This document shows positions 16,309 through 24,843 of a DNA stretch of 40,814 nucleotides, one piece after another. Made by a program: the position numbers and the translations under genes. The stretch is from an uncultured Methanosarcinales archaeon (GTDB lineage: Archaea > Nanobdellota > Nanobdellia > Woesearchaeales > JAGLXL01). How positions within the stretch are numbered: position 1 is the stretch's first letter; every line of letters begins with the position of its first letter. Location of the stretch: the NCBI GenBank assembly GCA_964472345.1, contig CAYYLB010000003.1:1-40814 (forward strand). The letters run 5' to 3'. A model generated the notes under the pieces. The model was not told where the DNA came from, searched no databases, and was given only the letters and a program-made list of their open reading frames with translations.

Positions 16309-16707
16309 TCACCAGTCAAACACCCACCGGGGATCCTTCTTGATCTTGTCCAGCAGGGCGTAGAGCTTCGCGTTCCGCGCTTCCTCGATGAACTGCCTGG
16401 CGATCTTCTTCACGCGGATGCCGTTGATCTCGACATCCTGGTCGTACCCCTCATAGCGGAGCAGCAGCTCGTCGAACAGCTCGATCTGCGCGCGGAGGTT
16501 CCCGCGCCTGGCGTCCTCATCCGTAAGATGCGCCGCCTCCCTGCGCAGCTCCCGCAGACTGGCGAAAAGCTTCAGCAGCGAGCCGGTGTCGTAATGCGTA
16601 TCCTTCAGGAACTGCACGATTGCGCCGATGTCCGTATCGGCGTCAGCGGCGATCTCGCGGTGCCGGAAGCCGAGCTTCTCGAGGATCCTGAGCGTGTTCA
16701 CGGCCAT
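16309..16707 (-). CDS. Hypothetical helical protein
   Basis: ORF overlapping the end of corA, host-like codon use. Confidence 0.65.
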   Translation of the reverse strand: MAVNTLRILEKLGFRHREIAADADTDIGAIVQFLKDTHYDTGSLLKLFASLRELRREAAHLTDEDARRGNLRAQIELFDELLLRYEGYDQDVEINGIRVKKIARQFIEEARNAKLYALLDKIKKDPRWVFDW

Positions 16708-17660
16708 CCGACCCACCCCTGCTTCCTGAAATAGGTATAGAGCAGCGACACGGAGACCACCATCACGCCGAGCGCGAATGGGTACCCCAGTTTCCAGGAG
16801 AGCTCGGGCATGAAGTGGAAATTCATCCCGTAGATTCCGGCGATGAGGGTAGGCACCAGCACGAATGCGGAGATGATCGTCAGCGTCTTCACGATCTTGT
16901 TGAGGTTGTTGCTCACCGAGCTCAGGTACATATCCAGGACGCTCGTCAGGACATCGCGGTAGGTCGTGACGAGGTCAATCAGCTGCGCGGTGTCGTTGTA
17001 CAGGTCGCGGAAGACGCGCAGATCCTGCTTCTGGAACTCACGGAGATATTCCTTCTCTATCGCGGTGATGACATCGCGGTTTGCGGTCAGCGCCTTGTGC
17101 GAATAGATCAGCGCGCGCTTGAGGATGAAGATCTTCTTGGTGACGAGCTTCGTCGGTTCGGTCAGGACCTGCTCTTCGATCGTGTCGAGCTCATCGCCGA
17201 CCATGTCGAGCATGGTGAAGAAATCACCGATCGCAGCATCCATGAATCGGTAGACAAAATACGGCGCTCCCCGGCGGAAAATCAGCAGGCGCTGCGCATC
17301 CGGCAGGGAGCGGAACTCGTCGAGCGCCTGAATGGGCTGCGTGTGGATGGTGATGATGTCGCGCTTGAACAGGAACACGCCGACGGGGGTGGTGAGCATG
17401 CGGTCTGCATCATGGTAGGGGGCGCGGAAGATGATTAGCGACCAGCTTTCTCCGGGAATGACATGGGGGCGCTTGAAGGGGTCGACGCTGTCCTTCAACT
17501 CCTCGATCGGGATGCCGGTCTTTTCCGCGAGCTGCGAGAATTCCCTGTCCGTCGGCTGGACGCAGTCGATCCAGCTCAGCGTCTTGCCGATCTCGTACTG
17601 CTCGAAGCTGACCGGCCGCACCTCTTTTTTGGAAGCATCCAGCTCCCAGACCGTTATCAT
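16698..17660 (-). CDS. corA: Magnesium/cobalt transporter CorA
   Basis: YGMNF signature, MPEL loop, two C-terminal transmembrane helices. Confidence 0.95.
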   Translation of the reverse strand: MITVWELDASKKEVRPVSFEQYEIGKTLSWIDCVQPTDREFSQLAEKTGIPIEELKDSVDPFKRPHVIPGESWSLIIFRAPYHDADRMLTTPVGVFLFKRDIITIHTQPIQALDEFRSLPDAQRLLIFRRGAPYFVYRFMDAAIGDFFTMLDMVGDELDTIEEQVLTEPTKLVTKKIFILKRALIYSHKALTANRDVITAIEKEYLREFQKQDLRVFRDLYNDTAQLIDLVTTYRDVLTSVLDMYLSSVSNNLNKIVKTLTIISAFVLVPTLIAGIYGMNFHFMPELSWKLGYPFALGVMVVSVSLLYTYFRKQGWVGWP

Positions 17661-17827
17661 CGCAGGAAACGATGGGCGTGAATCTTATAAAGGTTTCGCG
17701 GGGGCTGGGTTGGTGCGAACGACAGCGCTGGCGCGAATGCTGCCCCGGTACCAGGCTCCGCAGGTAAAGCGAGGTGACCTCAAAAGCTATTTAAACCATA
17801 GCGCTTTGTTCTCGGGTGAGTGGCAAA

Positions 17828-20800
17828 ATGAGGTGCAGGCAGTATCTTGTCGGCGCGGCGCTCGCTGCAGTCTTCTTGGCGATGCTCTCGGCGTCTGCGT
17901 TGCTGAACCCCCTGAAAAAGTGGCCTACGTGCCACCCCGAATGGGGCTTCCCCCGGCACGTCAGCTGTCGAGCAGGCCTTCGCTCTGTGGCTTCGGCGCT
18001 GCTCTTGCTGACAGCTACGGCCACTTTTTCAGCGGAGATCGTTGCTGCCATCGAGATCGATCCCGCGGTCCTCGAGGCGCTGGAAACGCAAAGCGATGTT
18101 CCCGTGATTGTGATGCTCGAGGAGACTCCCGTGCAGGCAGCCATCGGCGGGGCTGCACCGCATGATGCGCTTGAAGAAAAACGCGCTGCGATCCGCGGGC
18201 GGCAGGCTGCCGTGCTGGGCACGCTTGTGCTGCGCGAGCCGCGCGGGCGTGGCAGCGGCGGGGCGGGGGGCCGTGAAGATGGCAGCGGCGCGCGGGGCGC
18301 CGGAGCGCAGGCAGAAGAGGCGCAGGAGCATGACTTCGCCCTGCGCAGGCAATACACGCTCGTCAACGGCTTCGCGGGAAGGCTGACGCGCCAGGGGCTG
18401 GAGAAGCTCAGGCAGCAGGCAGTCGTGTCCATCAGGCTTGACACGCCGGTGGCTGCGGCGTTGTCCTCAAGCGTCCCGCAGATCGAGGCGCACCGCGTCT
18501 GGAACATCACCAGCAACGGCATTGCGCTCAACGGCTCGGGAGAGACGGTCTGCATCGTTGACACAGGCATTGATTACACGCATCCTGACCTCGGCGGGTG
18601 CACCAACGCCACCTTTCTCGCAGGCACCTGCGCAAAAGTCATCAGCGGCTATGACTTCTGCGGCAACAGCGGCACCTGCGGGACTGATCCGGACGACAGC
18701 GATCCCGCGGATGACAATGGGCATGGGACGCATGTCGCCGGCATCGTCGCATCGAACAACCTCACGTACCGCGGCGCCGCTCCGGACGCGAAGCTCGTCG
18801 CCCTGAAAGTGCTCAACTCGGCCGGCTCGGGGTTTTACTCCGACGTCACCTCGGGGGTTGACTGGTGCGTAAACAACGCAACCAAGTACAACATCTCCGT
18901 GATCAGCATGAGCCTTGGCTGCTCGGGGGGAAGCTGCACGCACTGGCAGACCGCGTGCGACGGGAGCTTCAGCAGCCTGGCGGCGGCAATCAACAGCGCG
19001 GTGGCGAAGAACATCTCGGTGATGGTCGCATCAGGCAATGGCGGCTGGACGGACGGCATCTCTGACCCTGCGTGCATCACCAACGCGACGCCGGTGGGGG
19101 CGGTCGATGACAGCGACGGCATCATCTACAACCGCGGCACGCTGCTGCAGATCCTTGCCCCGGGCGTCTCGGTCACCTCAACCTACCTCAACGGCGGCTT
19201 CACCTCATTGTCCGGCACGTCCATGGCAACCCCGCACGCTTCCGCAAGCGCAGCGCTGCTGCAGCAGTTCCACAAGCTCATGCACAACCGCACCATGAAC
19301 TGGACGGACATCGAGCGCGTGCTCAACGCCACGGGCAAGGCGATCGCCGACGCGTCGGGATCCGGCCTGAACTTCTCGCGCATCAACACCTATTCCGCGA
19401 TCCTGGAGATCGACACCAAGGCTCCCAACGTGAGCTTCATCGCGCCGACGCCGGCAAACGGCTCGACCGTGAATGGGACGATCACCATCAACCTCAGCTC
19501 GAGCGAGACGCTGCAGAACGCGACGCTCGAGTTTGACACCACGAATGAGACCATGAACGGCAGCGGGACAAACTTCTTCCTGAGCAAGGCGAACCTGAGC
19601 TACGGGCCCTACACCTTCCGTGTGCATGCCGTTGACCTGGCGAACAACACCAATGTGAGCGCGGACATCACCATCACCTACGACGGCACACCGAACATCA
19701 CTTTCAACCTTCCGGCCAACCTGAGCAGGCGCGAAGCAAACTTCCTGCTGAACATCACTATCCTTGACACGAACATCTCCGCAAGCTCGTACAACATCAC
19801 CAACCGCTCCGGCGCGCTGCTGCAGCAGAACAGCACCGCAGGCATCTTCGCGGCGAATTTCACGTGGACAGACACGGTGAACATCTCCAATGCGACGTTT
19901 CCGAACGGCAATTACACCATCACCGTCTTTGCAAATGACTCGCTCGGCGGCTCCGCCACGAGGGAAATCATCTTCATCGTTGACAAGGGAGCGCCGGTGG
20001 TCACCTTCGTCCGGCCGGCAAACAACTCCTACCACCGCCAAAACCTGACCACGAGCATCACGGTCGAGGACCAGGCCATTTCGGTGGTGAATTACACCGT
20101 CACCAACGCGTCGGGGAGCATCGTCCAGAAGTTCATCAACAGCTCGGTCGGCGCTGCGAACATCACCATCACTGACCTCCTCAACCTCTCGAACAGCACC
20201 TTTCCGGACGGCAATTACTCCCTTGCGGTGTTCGCGAACGATTCCATCAATAACACTATCACCACAGCGATCAATTTCACCGTTGACAAGACCGCCCCCC
20301 TCCTCTTTGCGGTGAACCGCACGCCCGAGGCGGTGAACAACAACGACAGCGCCACGGTTACGGCAAACGCGACGGACAGCACGCTCAACGCCTCTGCAGT
20401 CCTCTTCGAATCGAACTTCACCGGCAGCTGGGCGAACTTCACGATGGTGCAGGAAACCGGCGACCGGTACAATTTCACGCTGAAAGGGACGGAAAACCTC
20501 ACCAATGGCCGGATGATCTTCTACCAGCTCCATGCGCTGGATCTCGCGGGCAACCGCAACAGCTCGGGGCTCTTCAACTTCACGGTGCAGAACCGCGCTC
20601 CAACCAACATCAGCATCGTGACGCCCGCAAACCGGAGCGTGCTGGAGGTGGGAAACGCGACCGTGTTCAACGGCACCGCAGGCGATCCCGACCTTGACAC
20701 CCTCACCTATTTCTGGAATTTCAGCGACGGCAGGAACGCGACCGGGCAGAATGTCACCAAGCAGCTCAACAGCACCATCAACTTCACCGTGCTGCTCAAC

Positions 20801-22066
20801 GTTTCCGACGGCTTCAGCGACAGCAGCACGCTCATCATAGTGATAGTGAATGACACGCAGCCCCCGCTCAACCAGTCAGTCACCTATGACACGGGCGTCC
20901 ATATCCAGAGCGACGTGAACCAGAGCGTCCGTGCCATTATCCTCGACTACAGCGGCGTGTTCAATGTCAGCCTGTACTTCAACGGAACGCTGCAGGGAAG
21001 CTCATGCGCGCAGCTGGACGGAGGCAACCGATGGAACTGCAGCTGGTCATGGGACAACTTTTCCGCAACGGGGACGTACAATTTTACGGTAGAAGCGGTT
21101 GACAATTTTTCCTCACAGCATGCGGTGAACTACACGCAGGCGTTCACGGTGACGTCCTGCTCGGATGGCGCGCAGAACGGGAACGAGGGAGGCGTCGACT
21201 GCGGAGGCTCGTGCAGCGGCGCATGCGAGGTCGGGGGAGGCGGAGATGAGGGAGGCGGCGGGGGCGGAGGTGGAGGCGGGGGAGGCGGCGGCGGAGGAAT
21301 AACCGCAACGCCGCAATGCTCTGACCGCATCGACAATGACGGCGACCAGCTGGTGGACCATCCTGCCGATCCCGGCTGCGCCAGCACGCAGGATGCTGAT
21401 GAAAGTGATGTGCTCTGCACGCCTTCGTGGACGTGCACCTCATGGGGAGCGTGCACCGAGGGCATCCAGGCGCGCGCGTGCGGCGATTCGAATGCGTGCG
21501 AGGCGAAGCTGGGGGCGCGCGAGGTCGCAGGCATCAGGAGCACGCCGAGGCCGGCAGAGCAGAGAGACTGCGCTGCGGCGCTGGGGGATCTGAGCGCCCA
21601 GCAGGAAGGGACAGTGCAGCTCGGGGCCGGACAGGCAGCGTCGTTCAGCGTCGGCAACGCATCACACCAGCTCATCGTGCTTGCGGTCAGCGAAACGAAC
21701 GTGACCATCACGGTCCAGTCAGAGCCGCTCACGCTCACGCTGGTCATCGGCGAGACGGCGCAGCTCGACACGGACGGCGACGGGCTTGCGGATCTCGCGC
21801 TCACGCTGCAGGGCATCCAGGCGGGGAAAGCGGCCCTGAAGCTCGCGGCCGTCGAAGAAGTGGCAGTCCAGGCTGCGAACGTCACGGCGAACATCCCGCA
21901 GCAGGAAGAGAGGCAGCCGGAGAGGCGGCCGACGCCGATCAGCGAGTTTGTGACCATCCTTGCGGTGATCGCGCTCATCGCTGCGGTGCTGATGCTGCTT
22001 GGCAGGCACCGCGGGAGGCGCAAGCCGCACCCGCACGATGAGTTCTGGCACCGGATGAATCATTGA
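17828..22066 (+). CDS. Large membrane-anchored S8 subtilase with I9 propeptide, Ig/PKD-like repeats, Cys-rich modules and poly-Gly linker
   Basis: Catalytic triad motifs VDTGID, HGTHVAG, GTSMATPH; oxyanion ASGN; many N-x-S/T sequons; C-terminal transmembrane helix and basic tail. Confidence 0.9.
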   Translation: MRCRQYLVGAALAAVFLAMLSASALLNPLKKWPTCHPEWGFPRHVSCRAGLRSVASALLLLTATATFSAEIVAAIEIDPAVLEALETQSDVPVIVMLEETPVQAAIGGAAPHDALEEKRAAIRGRQAAVLGTLVLREPRGRGSGGAGGREDGSGARGAGAQAEEAQEHDFALRRQYTLVNGFAGRLTRQGLEKLRQQAVVSIRLDTPVAAALSSSVPQIEAHRVWNITSNGIALNGSGETVCIVDTGIDYTHPDLGGCTNATFLAGTCAKVISGYDFCGNSGTCGTDPDDSDPADDNGHGTHVAGIVASNNLTYRGAAPDAKLVALKVLNSAGSGFYSDVTSGVDWCVNNATKYNISVISMSLGCSGGSCTHWQTACDGSFSSLAAAINSAVAKNISVMVASGNGGWTDGISDPACITNATPVGAVDDSDGIIYNRGTLLQILAPGVSVTSTYLNGGFTSLSGTSMATPHASASAALLQQFHKLMHNRTMNWTDIERVLNATGKAIADASGSGLNFSRINTYSAILEIDTKAPNVSFIAPTPANGSTVNGTITINLSSSETLQNATLEFDTTNETMNGSGTNFFLSKANLSYGPYTFRVHAVDLANNTNVSADITITYDGTPNITFNLPANLSRREANFLLNITILDTNISASSYNITNRSGALLQQNSTAGIFAANFTWTDTVNISNATFPNGNYTITVFANDSLGGSATREIIFIVDKGAPVVTFVRPANNSYHRQNLTTSITVEDQAISVVNYTVTNASGSIVQKFINSSVGAANITITDLLNLSNSTFPDGNYSLAVFANDSINNTITTAINFTVDKTAPLLFAVNRTPEAVNNNDSATVTANATDSTLNASAVLFESNFTGSWANFTMVQETGDRYNFTLKGTENLTNGRMIFYQLHALDLAGNRNSSGLFNFTVQNRAPTNISIVTPANRSVLEVGNATVFNGTAGDPDLDTLTYFWNFSDGRNATGQNVTKQLNSTINFTVLLNVSDGFSDSSTLIIVIVNDTQPPLNQSVTYDTGVHIQSDVNQSVRAIILDYSGVFNVSLYFNGTLQGSSCAQLDGGNRWNCSWSWDNFSATGTYNFTVEAVDNFSSQHAVNYTQAFTVTSCSDGAQNGNEGGVDCGGSCSGACEVGGGGDEGGGGGGGGGGGGGGGGITATPQCSDRIDNDGDQLVDHPADPGCASTQDADESDVLCTPSWTCTSWGACTEGIQARACGDSNACEAKLGAREVAGIRSTPRPAEQRDCAAALGDLSAQQEGTVQLGAGQAASFSVGNASHQLIVLAVSETNVTITVQSEPLTLTLVIGETAQLDTDGDGLADLALTLQGIQAGKAALKLAAVEEVAVQAANVTANIPQQEERQPERRPTPISEFVTILAVIALIAAVLMLLGRHRGRRKPHPHDEFWHRMNH
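17905..18040. mobile_element. MITE-like insertion within the subtilase N-terminal coding region
   Basis: Perfect 14-bp inverted repeat CTGAAAAAGTGGCC (17912-17925 / 18019-18032); direct repeat CGTTGCTG at 17898-17905 and 18040-18047; internal hairpins. Confidence 0.7.
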
Positions 22067-22269
22067 GCACGGTGAGCGGCTTCGGGGAAGTCCACCAAAC
22101 GGCGCACTGCCGCCCCTCAGGTTATCATAGTAAATCGCAATAATTCTGGAACTCTGGATGCGATTTACTATGCTATCAAATCTCCCAAAGGTTCCATAAT
22201 CAAGGAGATTTGCTATCAGAGCGCTTTTTGGTGCAACGTCCCGAAGGAGTCTTTTTCCGCTCAGGCTCA
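22064..22269. ncRNA. Candidate structured RNA or ssDNA element (long bulged stem closing two hairpins)
   Basis: Six nested colinear helices plus perfect 14-bp and 9-bp hairpins; family not recognised. Confidence 0.45.
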
Positions 22270-22397
22270 TTGCCAGACATAGTTTTGAAGGGTGAATTGG
22301 TGATAAGATAACGGGAAAGCAGACGAAAATTCAGGAGAATCAGGGAGCAAAATGTCCGTAAGAAAGTATTTAAAGTAATGGGCATTTAAGGTTATAG

Positions 22398-23282
22398 ATG
22401 GTAGAAAAAGAGGCTCAAAAAGGACTGACAGTATTTCAAGGGAAACAATTTAGGAGAATATGGTATAACAATGAATGGTATTATTCTGTTATTGATATTA
22501 TTGCTTTTTTAACCGAGCAGGAAGATTTTCAAACTGCCAGAAAATATTGGAATAAGCTCAGCCAACGGCTTAGGGAAGAAGGAAGCGAAGTGGTGACAAA
22601 TTGTCACCGGTTGAAATTACTATCTCCAGATGGGAAATTAAGGGAAACTGATTGTGCCAATACTAAGTCTCTTTTTAGGATAATTCAATCTGTACCATCT
22701 AAAAAAGCAGAACCACTTAAATTGTGGCTCGCACAAGTAGGTTACGATAGAGTAAAGGAAATAGAAAATCCAGAATTAGCCCAAAAACGCATGAAGGAGC
22801 TATACACAGCTAAAGGCTACTCTGATGATTGGATAGAAAAGAGGGTTAGGGGCATAGCAATAAGAGATGAGCTTACTGATGAATGGAAGAAAAGAGGTCT
22901 GCTTGAGGAAAGAGAGTTTGCAATACTTACAGCAGAAATCAGCAAAGCCACTTTCGGCATGACTCCCAGCGAATACAAGGAATTTAAGGGATTAAAAAGA
23001 GAGAACTTGAGAGACCATATGAACGATTTGGAGCTGATTTTTACCATGCTTGGTGAAGCGTCCACGACAAGAATTGCGAAAGATAAAGATGCCCAAGGAT
23101 TTATCGAAAACGAGGAAGCGGCAAAGAAAGGCGGAATGGTTGCGGGTGTAGCAAGGAAAGAGCTTGAACAGCAAAGTGTCAGAAAGGTCTCCACTCCAGA
23201 GAACTATCTTTCTCAACCTGAAAAGAAGAAAAAGCTGGAAGAGAAGAGTAAAAAGGAACGGAACTTCCCATCTGTCGCTTGA
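22398..23282 (+). CDS. Bro-N domain (phage antirepressor-like) protein
   Basis: F....RRIW...EWYYSVIDII, ARKYWNKL, RIIQSVPSKKAEP.KLWLA, NLRDHM; AT-rich relative to the host. Confidence 0.88.
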   Translation: MVEKEAQKGLTVFQGKQFRRIWYNNEWYYSVIDIIAFLTEQEDFQTARKYWNKLSQRLREEGSEVVTNCHRLKLLSPDGKLRETDCANTKSLFRIIQSVPSKKAEPLKLWLAQVGYDRVKEIENPELAQKRMKELYTAKGYSDDWIEKRVRGIAIRDELTDEWKKRGLLEEREFAILTAEISKATFGMTPSEYKEFKGLKRENLRDHMNDLELIFTMLGEASTTRIAKDKDAQGFIENEEAAKKGGMVAGVARKELEQQSVRKVSTPENYLSQPEKKKKLEEKSKKERNFPSVA

Positions 23283-23453
23283 GCCGTTTTGCGCGAGCCG
23301 CGCGAGCGAATTACTCCGAGGTCCTCAATGGAGCACCGGAAACACAGCCTCTTCGCTTCGCAACGACCCCCGAAATGAATGGCGCTGACGGCTTTTTCTC
23401 CTGAGCCCGTACTATCACAACCCATAAATACCAGCGCCTCTCTCCCATCGGCA

Positions 23454-24743
23454 ATGGAGCCGAAAAAGTTTCTCTTCGTGTCCATCGACGGGCTGATCGG
23501 GGACATCGCATGGCAGCTCATCAAGGAAGGGCATGAGGCAAAGTACTTCATCGAGAGCGAAGAGGAGCGTGAAGTCGCTGATGGCTTCGTCCCGAAGGCC
23601 GGCGCATGGGAGCAGGAGATTGCATGGGCGGATGTCGTTGTCTTTGACGATGTGCTCGGCCAGGGGACGCACGCAAAGAAGCTGCGCGCGCAGGGAAAGG
23701 CAGTCATCGGCGGGACGCCGTACACCGACATGCTCGAGGACGACCGCGCCTTCGGCCAGGAAGAGCTGAAGAAAGCGGGAGTGCCCATCATCCCGTACCG
23801 CGACTTCACGTCCTTCGATGAGGCGATAGCGTTCATCCAGCAGAATCCCGGGCGCTACGTGCTCAAGCCGAGCGGGAAGGCGCAGAACATCAAGGGGCTG
23901 CTGTTCGTCGGGGAAGAAGAGGACGGCAAGGATGTGCTCCAGGTGCTCGATGATTACAAGCGGGCGCTCGCGGACAAGATCCCCGTCTTCCAGCTCCAGA
24001 AGCGCATCAGCGGCGTCGAGGTCGCGGTCGGCGCGTTCTTCAACGGAAAGGAATTCATCTACCCCATCAACGTGAACTTCGAGCACAAGAAGCTTTTTCC
24101 CGGCGAGCTTGGGCCTTCGACCGGGGAGATGGGCACGACGATGTTCTGGAGCGGGCCCAACAAGCTCTTCAACCAGACGCTCAAGCGCATGGAAGCCAGG
24201 CTTGCGGAAGAGGGCTACATCGGCTACATCGACATCAACTGCATCGTGAACAGCAACGGCATCTATCCGCTCGAGTGGACCGCACGGTTCGGCTATCCCA
24301 CCATCAGCATCCAGCAGGAGAGCATGCTCACTCCCGCCGGAGAATTCCTCTATGAGCTTGCGCACGGCGGCAGCCCGAAGCTCAAGGTCAGGAGCGGATT
24401 CCACCTCGGGGTGAGGATCGTGGTGCCGCCGTTCCCGTTCAAGGACAAGGAGACATTCGACGTGAAGTCGAAGGACTCCATCATCTACTTCAAGAAGCCG
24501 ACGGAGGGGGTGCATATCGAGGACGTGAAGCTCGTCAAGGGGGAGTGGCTCGTGACGGGAACCGCGGGGGTCGTGCTGATCGTCTGCGGCACCGGCGGGA
24601 CGATGCGCCAGGCGCAGAGCCAGGCGTACGGCCGCATCAGGAACATCATGATCCCGCATATGTACTACCGCACGGACATCGGCGACCGCTGGTACGAGGA
24701 CAGCGACCGGCTGCACAGCTGGGGATATCTCAGAGAGCTGTGA
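23454..24743 (+). CDS. PurD-like ATP-grasp ligase (divergent phosphoribosylamine-glycine ligase family)
   Basis: LEDDR.FG, YVLKP, EHKKLFPGELGPSTGEMG, LEWTARFGYP, YYRTDIG; lacks the canonical N-terminal GSGGREH motif. Confidence 0.75.
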   Translation: MEPKKFLFVSIDGLIGDIAWQLIKEGHEAKYFIESEEEREVADGFVPKAGAWEQEIAWADVVVFDDVLGQGTHAKKLRAQGKAVIGGTPYTDMLEDDRAFGQEELKKAGVPIIPYRDFTSFDEAIAFIQQNPGRYVLKPSGKAQNIKGLLFVGEEEDGKDVLQVLDDYKRALADKIPVFQLQKRISGVEVAVGAFFNGKEFIYPINVNFEHKKLFPGELGPSTGEMGTTMFWSGPNKLFNQTLKRMEARLAEEGYIGYIDINCIVNSNGIYPLEWTARFGYPTISIQQESMLTPAGEFLYELAHGGSPKLKVRSGFHLGVRIVVPPFPFKDKETFDVKSKDSIIYFKKPTEGVHIEDVKLVKGEWLVTGTAGVVLIVCGTGGTMRQAQSQAYGRIRNIMIPHMYYRTDIGDRWYEDSDRLHSWGYLREL

Positions 24744-24843
24744 ATGAAAGCAGTTCCCAGGGACGCCGGTTCCGGCCTGCCTGCGAACGGCGCGGGAAAG
24801 AGTGTATGGCGCCCCGCTGGATCGCCGCTGGAACTTTCCTTGA

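Noticed and set aside
21231..21298. GGC/GGA-rich repeat tract
   Set aside because: Encodes the poly-Gly linker of the subtilase; not an independent repeat.
22084..22100. GGGGAAGTCCACC resembling the RNase P RNA CR-I motif
   Set aside because: No matching CR-V/P4 partner found downstream, and the segment pairs within a long hairpin instead; an Infernal scan would settle it.
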